Source of the DNA: Malacoraja senta
Lineage: Eukaryota
Length of the DNA stretch: 64,000 bases
Direction: 5' to 3'
Assembly: GCA_038087875.1 (NCBI GenBank)
Contig: JAXLNO010005561.1
Location: 124,001-188,000, forward strand
Shown: positions 1-14,066 of the stretch, piece by piece
Position numbering within the stretch: position 1 is the stretch's first letter
Layout: the number at the start of each line of letters is the position of its first letter
Position numbers and translations under genes: made by a program
Notes under the pieces: model-generated
Database searches by the model: none
What the model was told of the DNA's origin: nothing
What the model saw: only the letters and a program-made list of their open reading frames with translations

Positions 1-3000
1 TGTGGATCAGCTGTATCAGTATAATAACAAAGACAGCGTGAATTGCCACATCTGCTTGTTCTTCTATCTTGGTTTGAAACATGCCAATTTATTTTCCTAC
101 GTATTATTATGCTTCAGATGTTTAACAATATAATGCTCAAAACCAATCCACAAAAATAAATGTTTAATGTTTATTACAGTGTTCATCAATAATTTGAATA
201 AAACAAGGTTAACAAGTTTGTTATCAAACATTCCTTCATTCAGACATTGGACACAAATATTAGATAGAGTTGGAAAACATCTACCCAACCTTTTAAGAAA
301 GATAATGTTATGTTGTTTTAGAGATTGATAAACAAAGCCTTCATTGAACCACAGGTAGGCTTCTCAATACTGTGTCACAGCTAACAAAATATACACTCGC
401 ATTAAACATGCTTTCCAAAATGCCATAGTGTTTAATACAGCGTGTGAAGAGAAACAACTCCTGTAAATTACTGTGCAAGACCATAAAATATACAACCTTG
501 AATTTATATGGCTTTATTTTAACATGCACATTAAAAAAAAATCAAAACTATTTAAAGAAAGTATGACAACATGCATGAACAGTTCTCTTAATTATATTGC
601 TCTTTGCATATCTTCCCAGATATTAAACAGAATTATTGAGAAACTGAGATGAGTAGTTAAATCCTCCTTAGTGCAGTTGATAGTAAAACCCATGCATGAC
701 TAAGGATGGTCATGCCAGAGAATTGCTTCATTTTTTGCAGGTGTCCTTTACTATTTTGGATTACATCATTGATTTCCTACTTTTCACTTCTCGTACAGTC
801 TTCAAAGGCTCAAGAAGAAAATAAATCAGCTTAGCAGAAAGCCATCTACGATCTTGAAACTTGCACAGGTACCAAAAGTTAGCATGACGTATTGTGCTCC
901 TGTGGCATATTGTCCACATCGTTTTTTATTCTTAACATAAAGCAACTAACTGTACAGTAAATATCCACCCTATAAGCTGTGGCAATTTGCACTTCATTCA
1001 TACCGTAGGATGATGCAACAGAACCTGCTCACGTTCTAATCAATATTACCAATTTCCCACATGTAGGTATATACAGTAGACATCAAGCTAATAACTTCAA
1101 ACTACTTTCAAAACATTATCTAATTCACCTAAAGTATAAAAAGCAAGGCTTTTTTCTGTCATACAGTTATTTTGCTCACAATCAGCATGTACGCAGGATG
1201 TTTTGAGAGGATATAGATGAAAATATAACCTAGGCAGTTAAAAACTTACAGATTCAATGAGATGTGTGCAAACTACAGTATGGGGTTTATATTAATAAAC
1301 ACTGTAGTCATGCAACATAAATTTGTGGAATTACTTTTCTCAAAATTAGCCCAGGAAATATATTTGTTCCCAGGCCAAATTAGGTTTGTAATGAATCCCA
1401 TATTTTTTGTCGTTGCAACTTTTTGATGTTTCTCATGTAAACACTTTGAAGATGTAGACTGCATGGAGCAGTGCCACAATTATCACCCTAAGGAAGGTGC
1501 TCAGCACTGGCTGAAACCTCAGGGCCAGTAAACCTGAGAGATCTGAACACAATTCCCAAGAAAGAAAAATCTAATTAAATTTGCATTCATTCTGTAGTCC
1601 TAGCATAGTTCCAAAAGCTTTGTTATGCCTGATGCTTAGAAATAGGTACAAGTACAGTAGGTAAAAGGGTTACAACGCCATTGCTGCTCTGAAAGTGATA
1701 TACACTTCCATTGTTGCTAATACTATTCTACTCCCACCTACACATCTGAGCTCCAAGAATCTGAAGTGACCAGCAGAGAAAAGGTTATGACCTTTTGAAC
1801 CAGTGGACTCTGCCTCATTTCACATGAGAACAGATAACAACTTGAGTAAGTGTGTTATCCTCAATCATAACTTAACTAAATTTACTGAATTGCTTAATCA
1901 TTTGGACTTTGTGGTAATCAACCAGCATCATAACTCTGTTACATTAAACAATGTATCGAACTCCAAGATGGATATATATTAAATGATTGATCAAAGGGAA
2001 CTTGAAAATCCACAAATTTAATAGCAGCAAACTAGTAAAAATCATCTAAATCTATTTCACGTATCCTAAATTCAAAATATCTGCCTCAATTATACAGATT
2101 TCTTCATGGGGAAATGATATTTATAGCAGTTCCTAATCAGGGTGCTCCTACACTTCTTTTCAATGGACCCACATAGGTTTCCGGGCTGAAGTGTGATATC
2201 CTTGTTGAATGTTTCAACAGAGAGCTAGCACAATGGAGACTTGAATATTAGTTGGTGCAGAGACAGGAAAGCAGCGATGAAAGCTAAAAAGGAAATGAAG
2301 TCAAAAGCTAACATTTCTTCAGGGGCTGCGTGCGATGGAGCAGGGAGTAAAGTGATGGATGAAGCTCACCCAGTGACTCAGTAACGCTTGGTTCCTTGTT
2401 CAGAACAGCATGAGGTGAATTTCTCCTGAATCCCAAGATGAGCAGAAATTCTATCCACCTCACAAACTTCTTAATTTCAGAGGGCAGACTTAAAAGGATG
2501 GAGTCCGCAGTCAAATCCCCATAGCCACTGCCTTTCATCCATATGATTTAAATTCAACTTGCCAGGATCTCACAAGTCAACATCATGAATTGACTCCCCT
2601 CTCACTAGGTAACTTTTTACCAAGCAATTCCCTGCCGTTTAGAATAAAACGTTTAGAGGGTAGAATTCCAGAACCATTTGCAAGTGGCATTTCAACATCC
2701 CACCCTTTACATTTTATTTTGATATTTCCTTACAACATAGGAAATCACTTCAGACCTTTGAATTAAGCAGGCTCACTGACGAATTCCATTTGCCACTAAT
2801 TGTTTTTGTAACCATTTCTCCCACATGCCCATCAACTCTTCACAAATTCTACCACTCAATTACACAACAGGGACAATTTACAGTAGTCAAGTAACCTATT
2901 ATTTACCTACAGGTGTCAGAGGAGATGGCATGCATCTGATGAGGGGTCTTTAATTTTCAACTGCATTTCACAGCAAACTTCACTACAAACACAAGTAAAC

Positions 3001-4578
3001 CTTCAATATAGGAGCGGCAGAACAGAACCCCTGCTCTATATAAAACTAGTGATTTTTAATCAGAGAGGTACTACATTGGACAGGCAGTTTGGACCATTGG
3101 ATAATGCCAAGTCAATTAAGAAAGAAACCAATCGCATATTTTGTTAAACACATCAGTTGTTCCACCCTCCCAAAATATTGTTAGAATGCTACACATCCAT
3201 CAAAGACGCCTACCACTTCATCTTTTGACCGCACTTTGGTAAATCTGATGAGTTGGCTGAGCTTCTACGCCCCGCTTACAATCAGAAACTGAAGGAGGGT
3301 CTGGTACAGAAAGTCATGCAATACTGGTCTGAGGAAACATACAAGACCCTTTGCATCCGCTTTGAGTTGGAGGACTGGCCCATACAGCAAACCCTTGTAC
3401 AATGGACCATAAGGGGGAAAATGATGTCCATTATTGCTGATTGTCCACTATAACCGAGTAAGGGATTACTGAGTAAGAGTATCATTGTGTTAGTAGAAAT
3501 AAAAAATTGCAGATGCTGTAAACATTCCCAACAAACTTTTTTCTCAAAATGTTCCTTTCTTCTTGCAAGGAAGTGTTAACCGGCACACCAAAATCTAAAC
3601 TTGTTATCAGAGGAAACTCTGCATTCAGCCATGGTTCTCTTGTGCAGGCTTGTCGATGAACATAGCAATAACTCTAAATTAAATGTATTATCATGGAAGA
3701 AAACAAAGGCTTTATAGATAAAAATTAAAAGCATCATAGCACACATTACTACATCACTATACATCACTATGTTGCTGTTATAACAGCAGATGAATTCCAC
3801 TTTGCAGTAGAAATCCAATTCAGATAATTGGATCAAATTAAGAATCCAATAATGTTTACTACTGTATGTAGTGGATTTTATTGTACATAGATGACTAATT
3901 GTTATTTAAAAAACAGAATACTTAGATGCAGGAAAAGTTTTTTTTACTGTTAGCGGCATATATAAAAGCCCCCCCACTAGGGGTTTTAACCTCTCAATGG
4001 AAAGGATAATCAGGACTGGCAGAGAGAGACAATGGCAGTCTTCGTTACACATAGCCAGCCGTAGAGTTGATCCTCCTCACAGCATGTGGAGGCAGAGAGG
4101 CGGGTCATAAGGGAAAGGAGGAGAAGCAGTTTTACAGCATTGCATTCCAGCCCTCCTGCCTGCTCCTATCTCCAAATTGGACAGGCTGAACTTTTGACCC
4201 TTCAACAGACACACAAGCAGAAAAAAGTATGGCCATAACACTGTCTGCTTCAGGGCACGGCCTCATTTCAACAGTCTGGACCATGTCTTCCTTCCCCGCC
4301 TCCTCCCCCTTCCAAAAAAAGAAACTTTGACCATTACCTGTTTTATGACCACCAGATGGTAAAGTCCCTAGTGACTGCGGACTTTCTAACTTCTGAATCC
4401 GACCTCATGACCCCATAAGGTAACTGGCAGTACATTATCAGTACTCCGATGGGAAAAAACAAACCCAGTACATAGCCACAAACACCATGAAGATTTTTTC
4501 TCTCTGTTTTAAACTTAAAAGCACAGTACTTCACTTGCTCAGTTATCAAAATAAAGGACGGATTTTTAATTTCTGTAT

Positions 4579-4626
4579 ATATATTGGGAATCATAGTTTT
4601 CCAATATATTGGGAATCATAGTTTTC
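4579..4626. repeat. Tandem duplication (period 25) with a palindromic junction
   Basis: atatattgggaatcatagttttc occurs at 4579 and 4604. The junction ccaatatattgg is a perfect 12-bp palindrome. Confidence 0.9.
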
Positions 4627-7319
4627 TTTCGTTAAAATAAAAAAATGTAACCCATACATTGCTTTCATTATATCACGGCAGTTTAAAAGAAACTGTTAAA
4701 AGTAGCTAGCGACCCCACTACACTTAGCATGCATGTAATAGGCAAAAAGACAACCATCTTAAACAATCTAACAATGTTTTCCAAATTCACGATACATCTA
4801 AGATTCAATGTTTGAACCAAAGTAGAAAATAATTCTAAATCTACCTATTAAACTTTTACTGGCAACTTTATAACTTCACAACCAACCCTAAAGAAGCACA
4901 AAAGAAAATCCAAATATCTGCCCCCCAGCTGTGAAGGGAGAAGAAATTAAAGAAAGTCACCATGCAGCTGTAAAAATCCTGTCTGGCCCCTTTTTTATAA
5001 TTCGTTCAAGCTTTAATTGCCATCTTGAAAAGTGATCATCAGGAATGGTTAGCTTTAATTGCCCTGAATGCCCCTTAATGATTACAGTCACAGTGTTTTT
5101 GTGATGACCAGAAAGCAGAGAATTTAACATGACCCTGAAGGGGGCGGGAGGAGGAGGGGATTGTGAGTTGGTTGGCAGATGACTGCTTCCAAACTCTTAA
5201 ACTGTACTAAAAGTAGGGTCATCAAGGGGGCGAAACCGGTTTTAAATCCACAGCCGTTTGCATTGTATAGTGCTGTTAGGAATCTTTCTTATACTAACCT
5301 GCCTTATATCAAATCTCATTCTGAGGTAGACAAAGTCTTTACTCTGATTCCTGTTTAAGATATACTTTTCAAATCGAATTAGTTCTATAAACTACCAACA
5401 CTGGTGTTTGTAATGACAATCTAAAGTTGTTTTCACTTTCAAAAAAGTAGCCTTTACACCAGTTAGTGTTAAACTTGAACTTGTAAATGCAAGTTGTCAA
5501 AACATGTTTTTACTACATCCATACTAGACTTTACGTCTACTTCCTTTCTCTTTTTCGATGATATTTTTGATAAATAAATCAGAATTCGAATGTGACAAAA
5601 TTAACCCGAGATACCGTCACAACAACCATTGGACAAATAACATAACAATATTTTTATTTTACTTTATCCTAAATAGAGGCAGAACAGAGTTAAATGGAGG
5701 GAGATCTGGCTAACAGCCCCTGTAGTATGGCTAATAAATCAAATGGACCCAACAGCTAAGCTCCCTGGGTTTTTCATAAAACCGCCACAAAATCTGAATG
5801 TGTTATCTTTCATTCTTCACCAGTTCCCTCCCCCACACTGCTCTACCACTTCTACAAAGGCTTCTATCAGGGTCACTATAAATCCGCCTAAGCCCAGCAG
5901 TAAATTCCTTGCTCAAATGGTTTTCTGCCATTTTACTCTTCACATCTGGTAAACAGAAGAGATTCTACATCCTCTTGTTTACTTCCAACACAATCAACAT
6001 CCTACTCTATTCCACCCCCCAAGATGAACAAATGCAATACTTTATAAAATCAGTACAATAAATATTATATCAAATTATTTAACATGAAAACAATCAATTG
6101 ACCAGAATTTTGTTTCAAAACACACTTCCCTAAGTTTCTCCTTTGTGTTCGAGAGCAACCACAGCCCATTTGTACCCCGCCCAACTTTCCAGTGATGTTT
6201 CAAAAGTGACCCATGATGAGCTGTGTAAAAGGTTGGACCATTTTTAGCTAAACAGAGGCACAAGAGATTGCACAAGCTGTAATCTGGTACAGGAAACTGC
6301 CAGACAGCAGGTCAGGCAGCATTGGTGGAAGTCAGGGGATAGTCGACGCATCAGGTTGACTTCCTCCAGCTGTTTTTGCTTAGGTAAGCTAAAACCTGTC
6401 TTCAACAACACTTGGAACTGGATTAAAAACAAAAATTGCTGGAGATTCTCAGCAGGTCAGGCATCATCTGTGGAAAAAGAAGCAAGTCTTTAGCTATTCA
6501 ACTTGAAACCAAGGATGATGGTCTTAAGTGGTGGGAAGGTGCCTATTATGCCCAATGTTATTTTGCAGTCACAGAGGTCAGTCATAGTCTGCCCTCTCTG
6601 TCATGTCATAGCACCAGCTGAGATCTATTACTTAGCGAGGGCACAAAAAATTTAGAAGGGGGCATTGAGCAATTTTGGTTTCACCTAAGGAATGGTAGGG
6701 GCAGAAGCCATCAAACAAGTACAAGAGCTGGAAATTGAGATTTGCTTAACCAGCTCTTTATCGGCTGTATTGATGCCTTCTTTGCCATAAATGACTACAT
6801 GATCAGGTAATTCAGCATACAACAGCAATCAAGCCCCGAATAACCTGTTCTGGGTGCATCTGGACCAAACAATTTATCATATTACCATTCAGCAGTTTTA
6901 TTTTCCACTTTTTCATGGCTAGCTCCAACCACACTACAACACTCTGACAATAAGTAAAATTTGCTGCATTTCCCAACAAAACATTAATTCCTCATGACAA
7001 TTTTCAATTAGGTGTTTTACAAACTATCCCTCTCCTGGTTAAGCAGCCAGTATTTCAAAGTAATCTGTTCAGACTGAGATTAAGGGGTACAGAGTGCCAT
7101 GGTTTGCAAAGGTCTGCAGGCGTTTGTGAAAACTGAGTAAACATTTGTTACCTAGTTACAAGGCAACAATGGAAGATCAAAAAATTTAATCTAGTTCAAA
7201 TGCTACATCAGAATATGTACTCCTAATACAATCAATTAGATTCAATTCCCAAAGATCACAAATGTATCACCTTGCATTCCAATCAATTAAATGGTTGGAA
7301 CAAAGGCCAGAGATAAGAA

Positions 7320-7425
7320 AACTGAAGAAGGTCTGAAGAAGGGTTTCGGCCCGAAACGTTACCTATTTCCTTCGCTCCATAGATGCTGCTGCACCCGCTG
7401 AGTTTCTCCAGCATTTTTGTGTACC
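7320..7425 (+). mobile_element. Penelope-like element (PLE)-derived short repeat with hammerhead motif; 13-bp TSD
   Basis: The sequence gtctgaagaagggtttcggcccgaaacgttacc...agatgctgc...ctgagtttctccagc is flanked by ccagagataagaa at 7307-7319 and 7426-7438. Confidence 0.85.
7329..7364 (+). ncRNA. Minimal type I hammerhead ribozyme motif (intact core, GUU triplet)
   Basis: aggt-CUGAAGA-a-gggu(uucg)gccc-GAAA-c-GUU-accu. Stem I is aggu/accu and stem II is capped by UUCG. Stem III is a loopless palindromic ACGU. Confidence 0.7.
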
Positions 7426-8177
7426 CCAGAGATAAGAACAATAGGCGTGAAACAGGTTTGAAGAATTGCGGATTGTGTCACCAGGGGGAGGAAAGTAGTG
7501 GTTGGGAGAAGGGTTGGGGGGGGAGAAACAGGTGGGAGTCCCGATAGGGGGAGAGGGAGGAAAGAGAGGGGGGAGTGGGGGAAAAAGAAAGGGGGGGGGG
7601 GGTCGTTAGGGGGTTACATAAAATTGGAGAATTCAGTATTTATACTGTTTCAATTTTAATTTCTTATTCTTTCCAAATAAGAAAAAACAAACAGAAGTTT
7701 AAAAACAATTGATTGCTTATTTAACAACTCAACTTCAAATCAAGAGAAAACCATTTGATTCTTTAAAAGAATCATAAAATCTAGTTTTAACAAAAAATAT
7801 ACTGTCCCATCTTGAATATGATGGTATTAAATCTGATCAGTGGTTTGGCAGATGAAAGAACTACAGATAGCACTGCCAAAATAGTAAGTTATTGGTGGAA
7901 ATAGTATACCTCTTTCTTCAACAAAATGTCTCTACAAAAGCAAGTCTGTCTTCATTCCTGCAGTATACTTGCATCTGGACCCCAACTTCCCCTTCCCCAT
8001 TTCAGTAATCTTACAGTGTTTCATTCAACTGAACCAATCTTCATGGACATGTTTCAAGAAAATTGGCTCAAATTATTATTTGCCAGTTTTTTAACATTAA
8101 AACAGCATTGTGGGTTACTCTGGCACCAGTTTTATAAAACAACATAAAAATAACTGCAATTGTAAACTTCACAGAAC

Positions 8178-8238
8178 AGCTTTTGTCATCTGCAAGCATG
8201 TAGATATGTAGCTTTTGTCATCTGCAAGCATGTAGATA
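8178..8238. repeat. Tandem duplication of 29 bp (period 32)
   Basis: agcttttgtcatctgcaagcatgtagata occurs at 8178 and 8210. Confidence 0.95.
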
Positions 8239-11200
8239 AGCATCCCTACCTGACCCAAAACAATATACAGTGATATACCGCAACACATCAACACTCTTCC
8301 CACTACAGGACAGTTGGCACTGAAAGGATGCTGCAGCAAAGAGAAAAGAGGGACGTTGGGGACACGGACAGGCTGGTACTAACCACTGAGACCCTTCAGG
8401 GGTCCTGCTTGGTACTTGCTGTTAAAAGTCTGGGAGATCCTTGTAATGATCCCTGTAGTATATGAATATCAATTCTAAGTTTGAACTTTATGCCAAATCA
8501 AGAAGCCAAAATGTACATTTCAGGTAAAAAAAATCTGGATGGACAATTCACTACTGCACAACAATTACAACATTATTCAAGAGATAAAAATTTGTAGGTT
8601 ACAAGAAATAAAACTGTGAAGATATTCCCATACTGTTAGGAGCAACACACATTGTCAATTAAGATTCTAACAGCAGAGCAATTGTAAAGTTCTTCAACAG
8701 TGGACCATTATTAAAAACATCATCCCCATTACTTTTAGCCACACCTCCTTATACTCACTATGTGACTTCACAACGTCTTAATACTTCCTCCTGCAGCATT
8801 AGTGCAATGTGGAAAAGATTACTGACTTCACTTGTCATTAATTTAGCATAATTTAAAAGTACTTTGTACCTTTTCTTTGATAGATTCATATTGCTAACAT
8901 GTTATTATTTCATGGCTATTATTACTGAATACCTATCATTTTCAAAATTCGGATCCAATTTTGCATTCCATTCAAAGGTAAAATGCACGCAGGCTAAAAA
9001 TCAACCAGAGAAATGAAAATATTTTGCGTCGACAGGGAGTTTGGCGTTTTAGAATGTATAGCACTGATGCTCACTCTGGTTCTTTTATTAAACAAAAATA
9101 TAACATTAGGGTGCATTTAGCATGCACGTTTGCAGCTGCTGCATTATTGTCAGACTGACTGCGAAGCATTTAAAAAGAACTCTTCACATGGCAGGCACGG
9201 AAAAGACTTCCAAGGAAATTTGTGGTTTGGGGATTAAGGGGAGACACAGAACTGGGGGTGTATCTGGGCCCCCTTCCCCCAACACCCCATGAGATACCGT
9301 CCTATCAACTATCATATTGTGACTGATCCACCGCCACTGTCAGCTGAAGAATGAGGCAGTCATCACAGCTCCAGTGAATTCTGTAGTAGAATGCTGACCA
9401 TTGAAAAATGAGTCTGGGAAACACTGTGTACCAGAGTTTGATGCAACAATGCAGAACCTTTAACTGCCATCACACTCTGGTGTTCCTTTTTTAGTGAGTG
9501 AACAGTGAAGGTCATAGGTTTCCCCCTCAAAAATTCAATTTCTGCCGGCAGTGGAGGAAATGTGTGCTAGGCGACCTATGACATTATTAGCTGACTGACG
9601 CCAAGCAAATGTCAGCCGTGGTAAAAGGAGTCGTGATTTGCACACAAAAAAAACTCCACGCAAATGGATCCAATTTCTAAGGATCGGTCGGTGTACACTG
9701 GATTCTGCACTTCAAGTGAAACCATCTACTGTTTTTCTTGAAACAGGGCGTAATCCTGAATGCATTCCTGTGCTAATCAAAACAGTACCAATAGGTTCCT
9801 CTCAAACACCCAATGTAATAATCTTGTTCCTCTGACCCTCATGTGGCCTTCAACTGCCCACATCCTGTTACTAATAAAACCTCAGACAGGAAAACAAAAC
9901 ATATTGGTTTCATAAATGCTTGTGCAGGTCTGTATATTAACACTTTAATGTAACTGTTTGCATTACTTGAGTTGCATGCTTTGGAACTGCTAGTTATGTA
10001 CTATGACTGTCACACAGTTAACATTTTTATGACTCACAAAAAGGTACACTGTTTATTCGTGATGTGTTCGAGGAGGGAATATTCCTACCTTTGTACATGC
10101 ATAAATGAGTTAAGATAAATATGTAATAAGCAATGGATTTTAAAGTTGAATCAATATTTAATTAATTTGGAGCAAGCTGGAAAAATTTGGATGCTAATCT
10201 GGAGCAAATAATACAAAGATTCTGCCAATGCGAGTGGAGACATTTCTGGGCATGTGGGGTTTGCAACGTTTTTATTTAGAATAGGGAGCCATTATTCCAG
10301 CAAAAAGGACCAAGAAAGGCAAGCACTATTTCTTGTCTAAAACATCTGGAGAATTTTTAACCTTTGTTAGAAAAGGATGAGTTTACTAATGACATGTATA
10401 CTTGAATTTTAGAAGATTGACATCTGGGGCTCAAATAGCATAACATTATTAACAATAATGCCAACATTGTTCAATTTGAAAAGGGAAAATACTAGTGAAT
10501 GACGTTGTAAGGTGCGATCTTACAGACTTCAATTGAATCAACTCACACAAACAGAAGCGCCCAATCAGGATACCCATCTTGTTCAGTTTCTGATTTCAGC
10601 TAGGTTGGAACTGCGATTATAACCCCACCCCACCCCACAAGGCAAAGAATACAAAAAAGCTGATACCATTCTCTTAATATTTCTGTTAGAAAGTGTATTG
10701 CTGTAAAATAAGTTTGTGCTTTTTTACTGATGGTTGTATACACCTCTTGTTCTATTAGTTTCTGAGATGAACATCTTCTACACCCAGGAGCACCTGCTAG
10801 CTATATAAAACAGAATGTTTTAAAGTCTGTAATCCAAAATAACTCTATTTAAACCAGGTCCTCCCAGCATCCTGGGAGCAGTAAGCATGCTGTTCCCTCA
10901 GCAAAAGAGTATTTACTAGTAATAGCATTACCCAACATTGCTGCAACTCCAGAACTTGTGGAACAACCGCAGCCAGTCTGCACATGCAAGGAATTAGAAC
11001 CTGGCTGCATGCCCTGTGTCTGATGTGACCTGACTCCCTCCAAGCATCTTTTCTGATAAAACATCTAGGTTCAGTGCAGCTCAGAGCTTCATTCAGATCA
11101 GAGTTATGCTCAGTATAATGGTAGAGTCTTTCTGTTTTTGATCAATGACATATACAGCAATGTATGGTGATTCTTTTTAGCATTTTGTCTGGAAATGCTT

Positions 11201-11325
11201 TTGGGTCCAGTCTTGAACCTATTATACATGTCCTTGGGCTGGGATTTGGTTAGGACTGACTGTGATCAGATAGGTTTTAAATTTTAAACTTGATAAGACC
11301 TCTACCAGCAAAGCAGCCTGAAGGT

Positions 11326-12329
11326 AGAGAGGTTGCACGGCAGTCGAGGTCACGACCCGTGACCCGTACTGTTGCCACGCAACTCCTTCTGGGTACAAGT
11401 GGTGAACGTCAGGTAAGCACTTACTATGGCTGCCAGTACAGCGGGCCCGTCTTCTGTCCCAGCATGCTGACTGGTTCCACACTCGTGGACCCCGGGCCGC
11501 CTGTCCCCGCGGCTGATGTTTGGCGGCTGAAACGCCCGGCACCCGGGGGTTGAATCACCCCGTATGGGGGTCGGGGGTGAATCACCCCGTGTGATGGTGG
11601 GGGTCCGGGGGGGTGAATCACCCCGTGTGTAGGCAGGGTCCGGGGGGGGGGGGGGGTGGTGAATCACCCCGTGTGGTGGTGGGGGTCCGGGGGGTGAATC
11701 GGGGGGGGGTGAATCACCCCGGTGTGGGAGTCGGGATCCGGTGCCAGTGCAGCGCGGTCAGTGACTCTGGGTGGGCAGAGGGACCAGACTGTCCCCAACT
11801 CTGCTGCAGTTGACGGGGACGTTGCCGAGTTTATGGCCCCGTGAGTCCGCTGCCCGGAGCCACCCCGCTCTACCCAGCCCCGTGTGTGGGTGCTGCCGAC
11901 CCACAGCCCGTCACAGTGCGGCCGCACAGAGGGAGACGGGGCGGAGGGCAGCCGTGGCCGGAGAGTGGGGGCTGTCCCGAGGGATCCGCTCCTTCGGCCG
12001 CTTGCACCTTGGTGCTCGGGTTCAGACTGGAGGGTGACTCCAGCCCCGGGCGGTCATGGGCCGGGACTTGCCCGCAATCCGCCGGCACACTGCTCTTTCG
12101 CAAGTCAGTGAGCAGCAGTTATTTTGGCGGTTTTCTCTCACGGTTACCCCTATTTCCACAATATTTTTACAGTGCAAAGATTTACCATTTTGGCGGTTTC
12201 TAACAGGTAAGAACGTACGTATTTCGTGTGTTACTAGTGTATGCCGGAAGCTGCCTTGTACTCCAGAAGGATTGAGGTACTCCGTGCGTCACGCCCTTTG
12301 ACCTGATGACCTTACGTGCAACCCCCCCT
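11326..12329. mobile_element. Non-autonomous DNA transposon (TIR type, possibly ISL2EU/PIF-Harbinger group) with GC-rich interior
   Basis: Imperfect TIRs AGAGAGGTTGCACG ... CGTGCAACCCCCCCT, with flanks GT and AT. Both ends are homologous to the element at 14067-14946. Confidence 0.75.
11545..11722. repeat. G-rich minisatellite built on the palindrome GGGGTGAATCACCCC
   Basis: TGAATCACCCCG starts at 11551, 11578, 11614, 11660 and 11710, with a partial copy at 11695. Copies are separated by G-runs. Confidence 0.9.
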
Positions 12330-12989
12330 ATACTCTCTTCACCAATAAGAAAGAAAGTGAAATTAAGCTCTTTATCCGAAAAATCAACATTATAATGCAC
12401 AGACAATATAATATAATCAGGAGACACAGAACTTTCCATTGTGTAAATCTAAAGGAAAAGAAGAGACATTTGAGTCAGCTTGCCCACAAAACTATCTCAG
12501 CATCTATTGAAATTCCACTAAAAGAACTAAGCTCTGGTAAACAAAAATAGGGGTAATGGTTTTATGCCTTTGCATCACAAATCAATTAGCAAATGAATCA
12601 ACACGGTAGAAGACATTAATCAAGCAACTACACCTAAAATTTAAGACTTTCTACTCAAGGAAAGGTTTTAGAATGACATTGAAAAGTGGTGTCAGAGTGG
12701 AGGGGAAAATCTAAAGAAAATTACCAGAAAATTTCATGTTACAAGCTGTTCTACTGTTCCAAAGCTAGAACTTGCATTGCGCAGCATATACCAGTCCTAT
12801 AAAATGTCTTATTTGATTATACTTAGTCAAGTCATCAAGATGTTCAAATGTTGTATGAACCAAGACAATTAAATTCTTATTTGCTACAGCTTTGCAGGCA
12901 CAATAAATGCAATAACATAACAAGGAATTTCCAACAAATTATGTTAATCTAGGTAAACCAGACCATGGCAGTGAAAGCAGCAGCTCTAA

Positions 12990-13500
12990 GATGCCCGTAC
13001 ACCTCCTTCCTCAGCTCAGGGACCACAGCAGCGCTTCCTGGTGAGGCAGTGGTTCACGTTCATCTCCTCCAACCTCATCTACTGCACACGGTGCTCCCGA
13101 TGTGTCCTCCTTTACATTGGCGAGACCAACGGTTCAACAGTCCTTGTCACATGTACCATTTAAGGTACAGTGAAATTTGATTTACCAGTCATACCAGAAA
13201 AAAGCAACAAAACACACGACATAAAAATTAACATAAACATCCACCACGCAGATTCCACATTCCTCACTGTGATAGAAGGCAGTAAAATCTAATAATCTTC
13301 CCTCTTTCGTGTAGAGTATGCGATTGTTGCACCAAACACTCGGGCTTGGTCTGCCAAGGCATGCTGGATTTCCCAGTTGCTAACTATCTTTCCATCCTGG
13401 GCCTCCTCCATTGCCAAAGTGAGGATACACACAAACTGGAGGAACAGTACCTCATAATCCGCTTGGTATGAACATTGAATTGTACAATTCTAGGAAACAC
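12990..13500 (+). mobile_element. Penelope-like element GIY-YIG endonuclease remnant, interrupted by a LINE-tail insertion (~13135-13310)
   Basis: From 13029 the frame reads QRFLVRQWFTFISSNLIYCTRCSRCVLLYIGETN, a GIY-YIG motif with the PLE-type Cys spacing. After the insert it reads LSILGLLHCQSEDTHKLEEQYLIIRL, a PLE C-terminus. Confidence 0.85.
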
Positions 13501-14066
13501 TGCATCCCATTTTTTTGCTTTTCCCTCCCTCCTCTTTCCTGACCCTGGTCACCCATTCTCTGACTATCTCTACTGAACTGTACCGTTGTGCTGTCGTTGT
13601 CTTCCCAAGTGTTGCCGATGATTGGCAGTCATAGGATCATGCAGATTCGCTAGTCCTCGTAATGCTCCAAAATATGTGGCACCTTGGAACTGGCATCACC
13701 TGTCCAGACTTTTGCTGATTGCATTTCAAACGGCAAGCCTTAACTGACAGGAGCCAAAACAAGAAGAGGCCAGCAAATTTCCTCTGCAGCTGCCGTACAT
13801 GATTTATCTGCAGTCTTCTGACCAAATGTTCAAATGCACATTCATACCAATATACTACATACAATATGCCAAGCTTCAACCTCTCAACTTGAACATCCAA
13901 TAAGACAGACACAACATTCAAACATATCAAAAGGTACTTACGCCCACACTCCCTTTTAGCCACAGAAGGAGATACAAAGTTGGCAATGGGTTCAGGCAGA
14001 ATGCAGCATCTCCAGGCAGCAGATCAGCACCACTTCCTCAAGGACAATTAGATATGTGCCATCAAT

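Noticed and set aside
11545-11722. Palindromic repeats with variable spacers as a CRISPR-like array
   Set aside because: The context is eukaryotic, the spacers are G-rich and related to one another, and there are no cas genes.
11222-12301. Cluster of overlapping Pro/Gly/Arg-rich ORFs
   Set aside because: They are by-products of a GC-rich, stop-poor transposon interior and minisatellite, with no recognisable domain.
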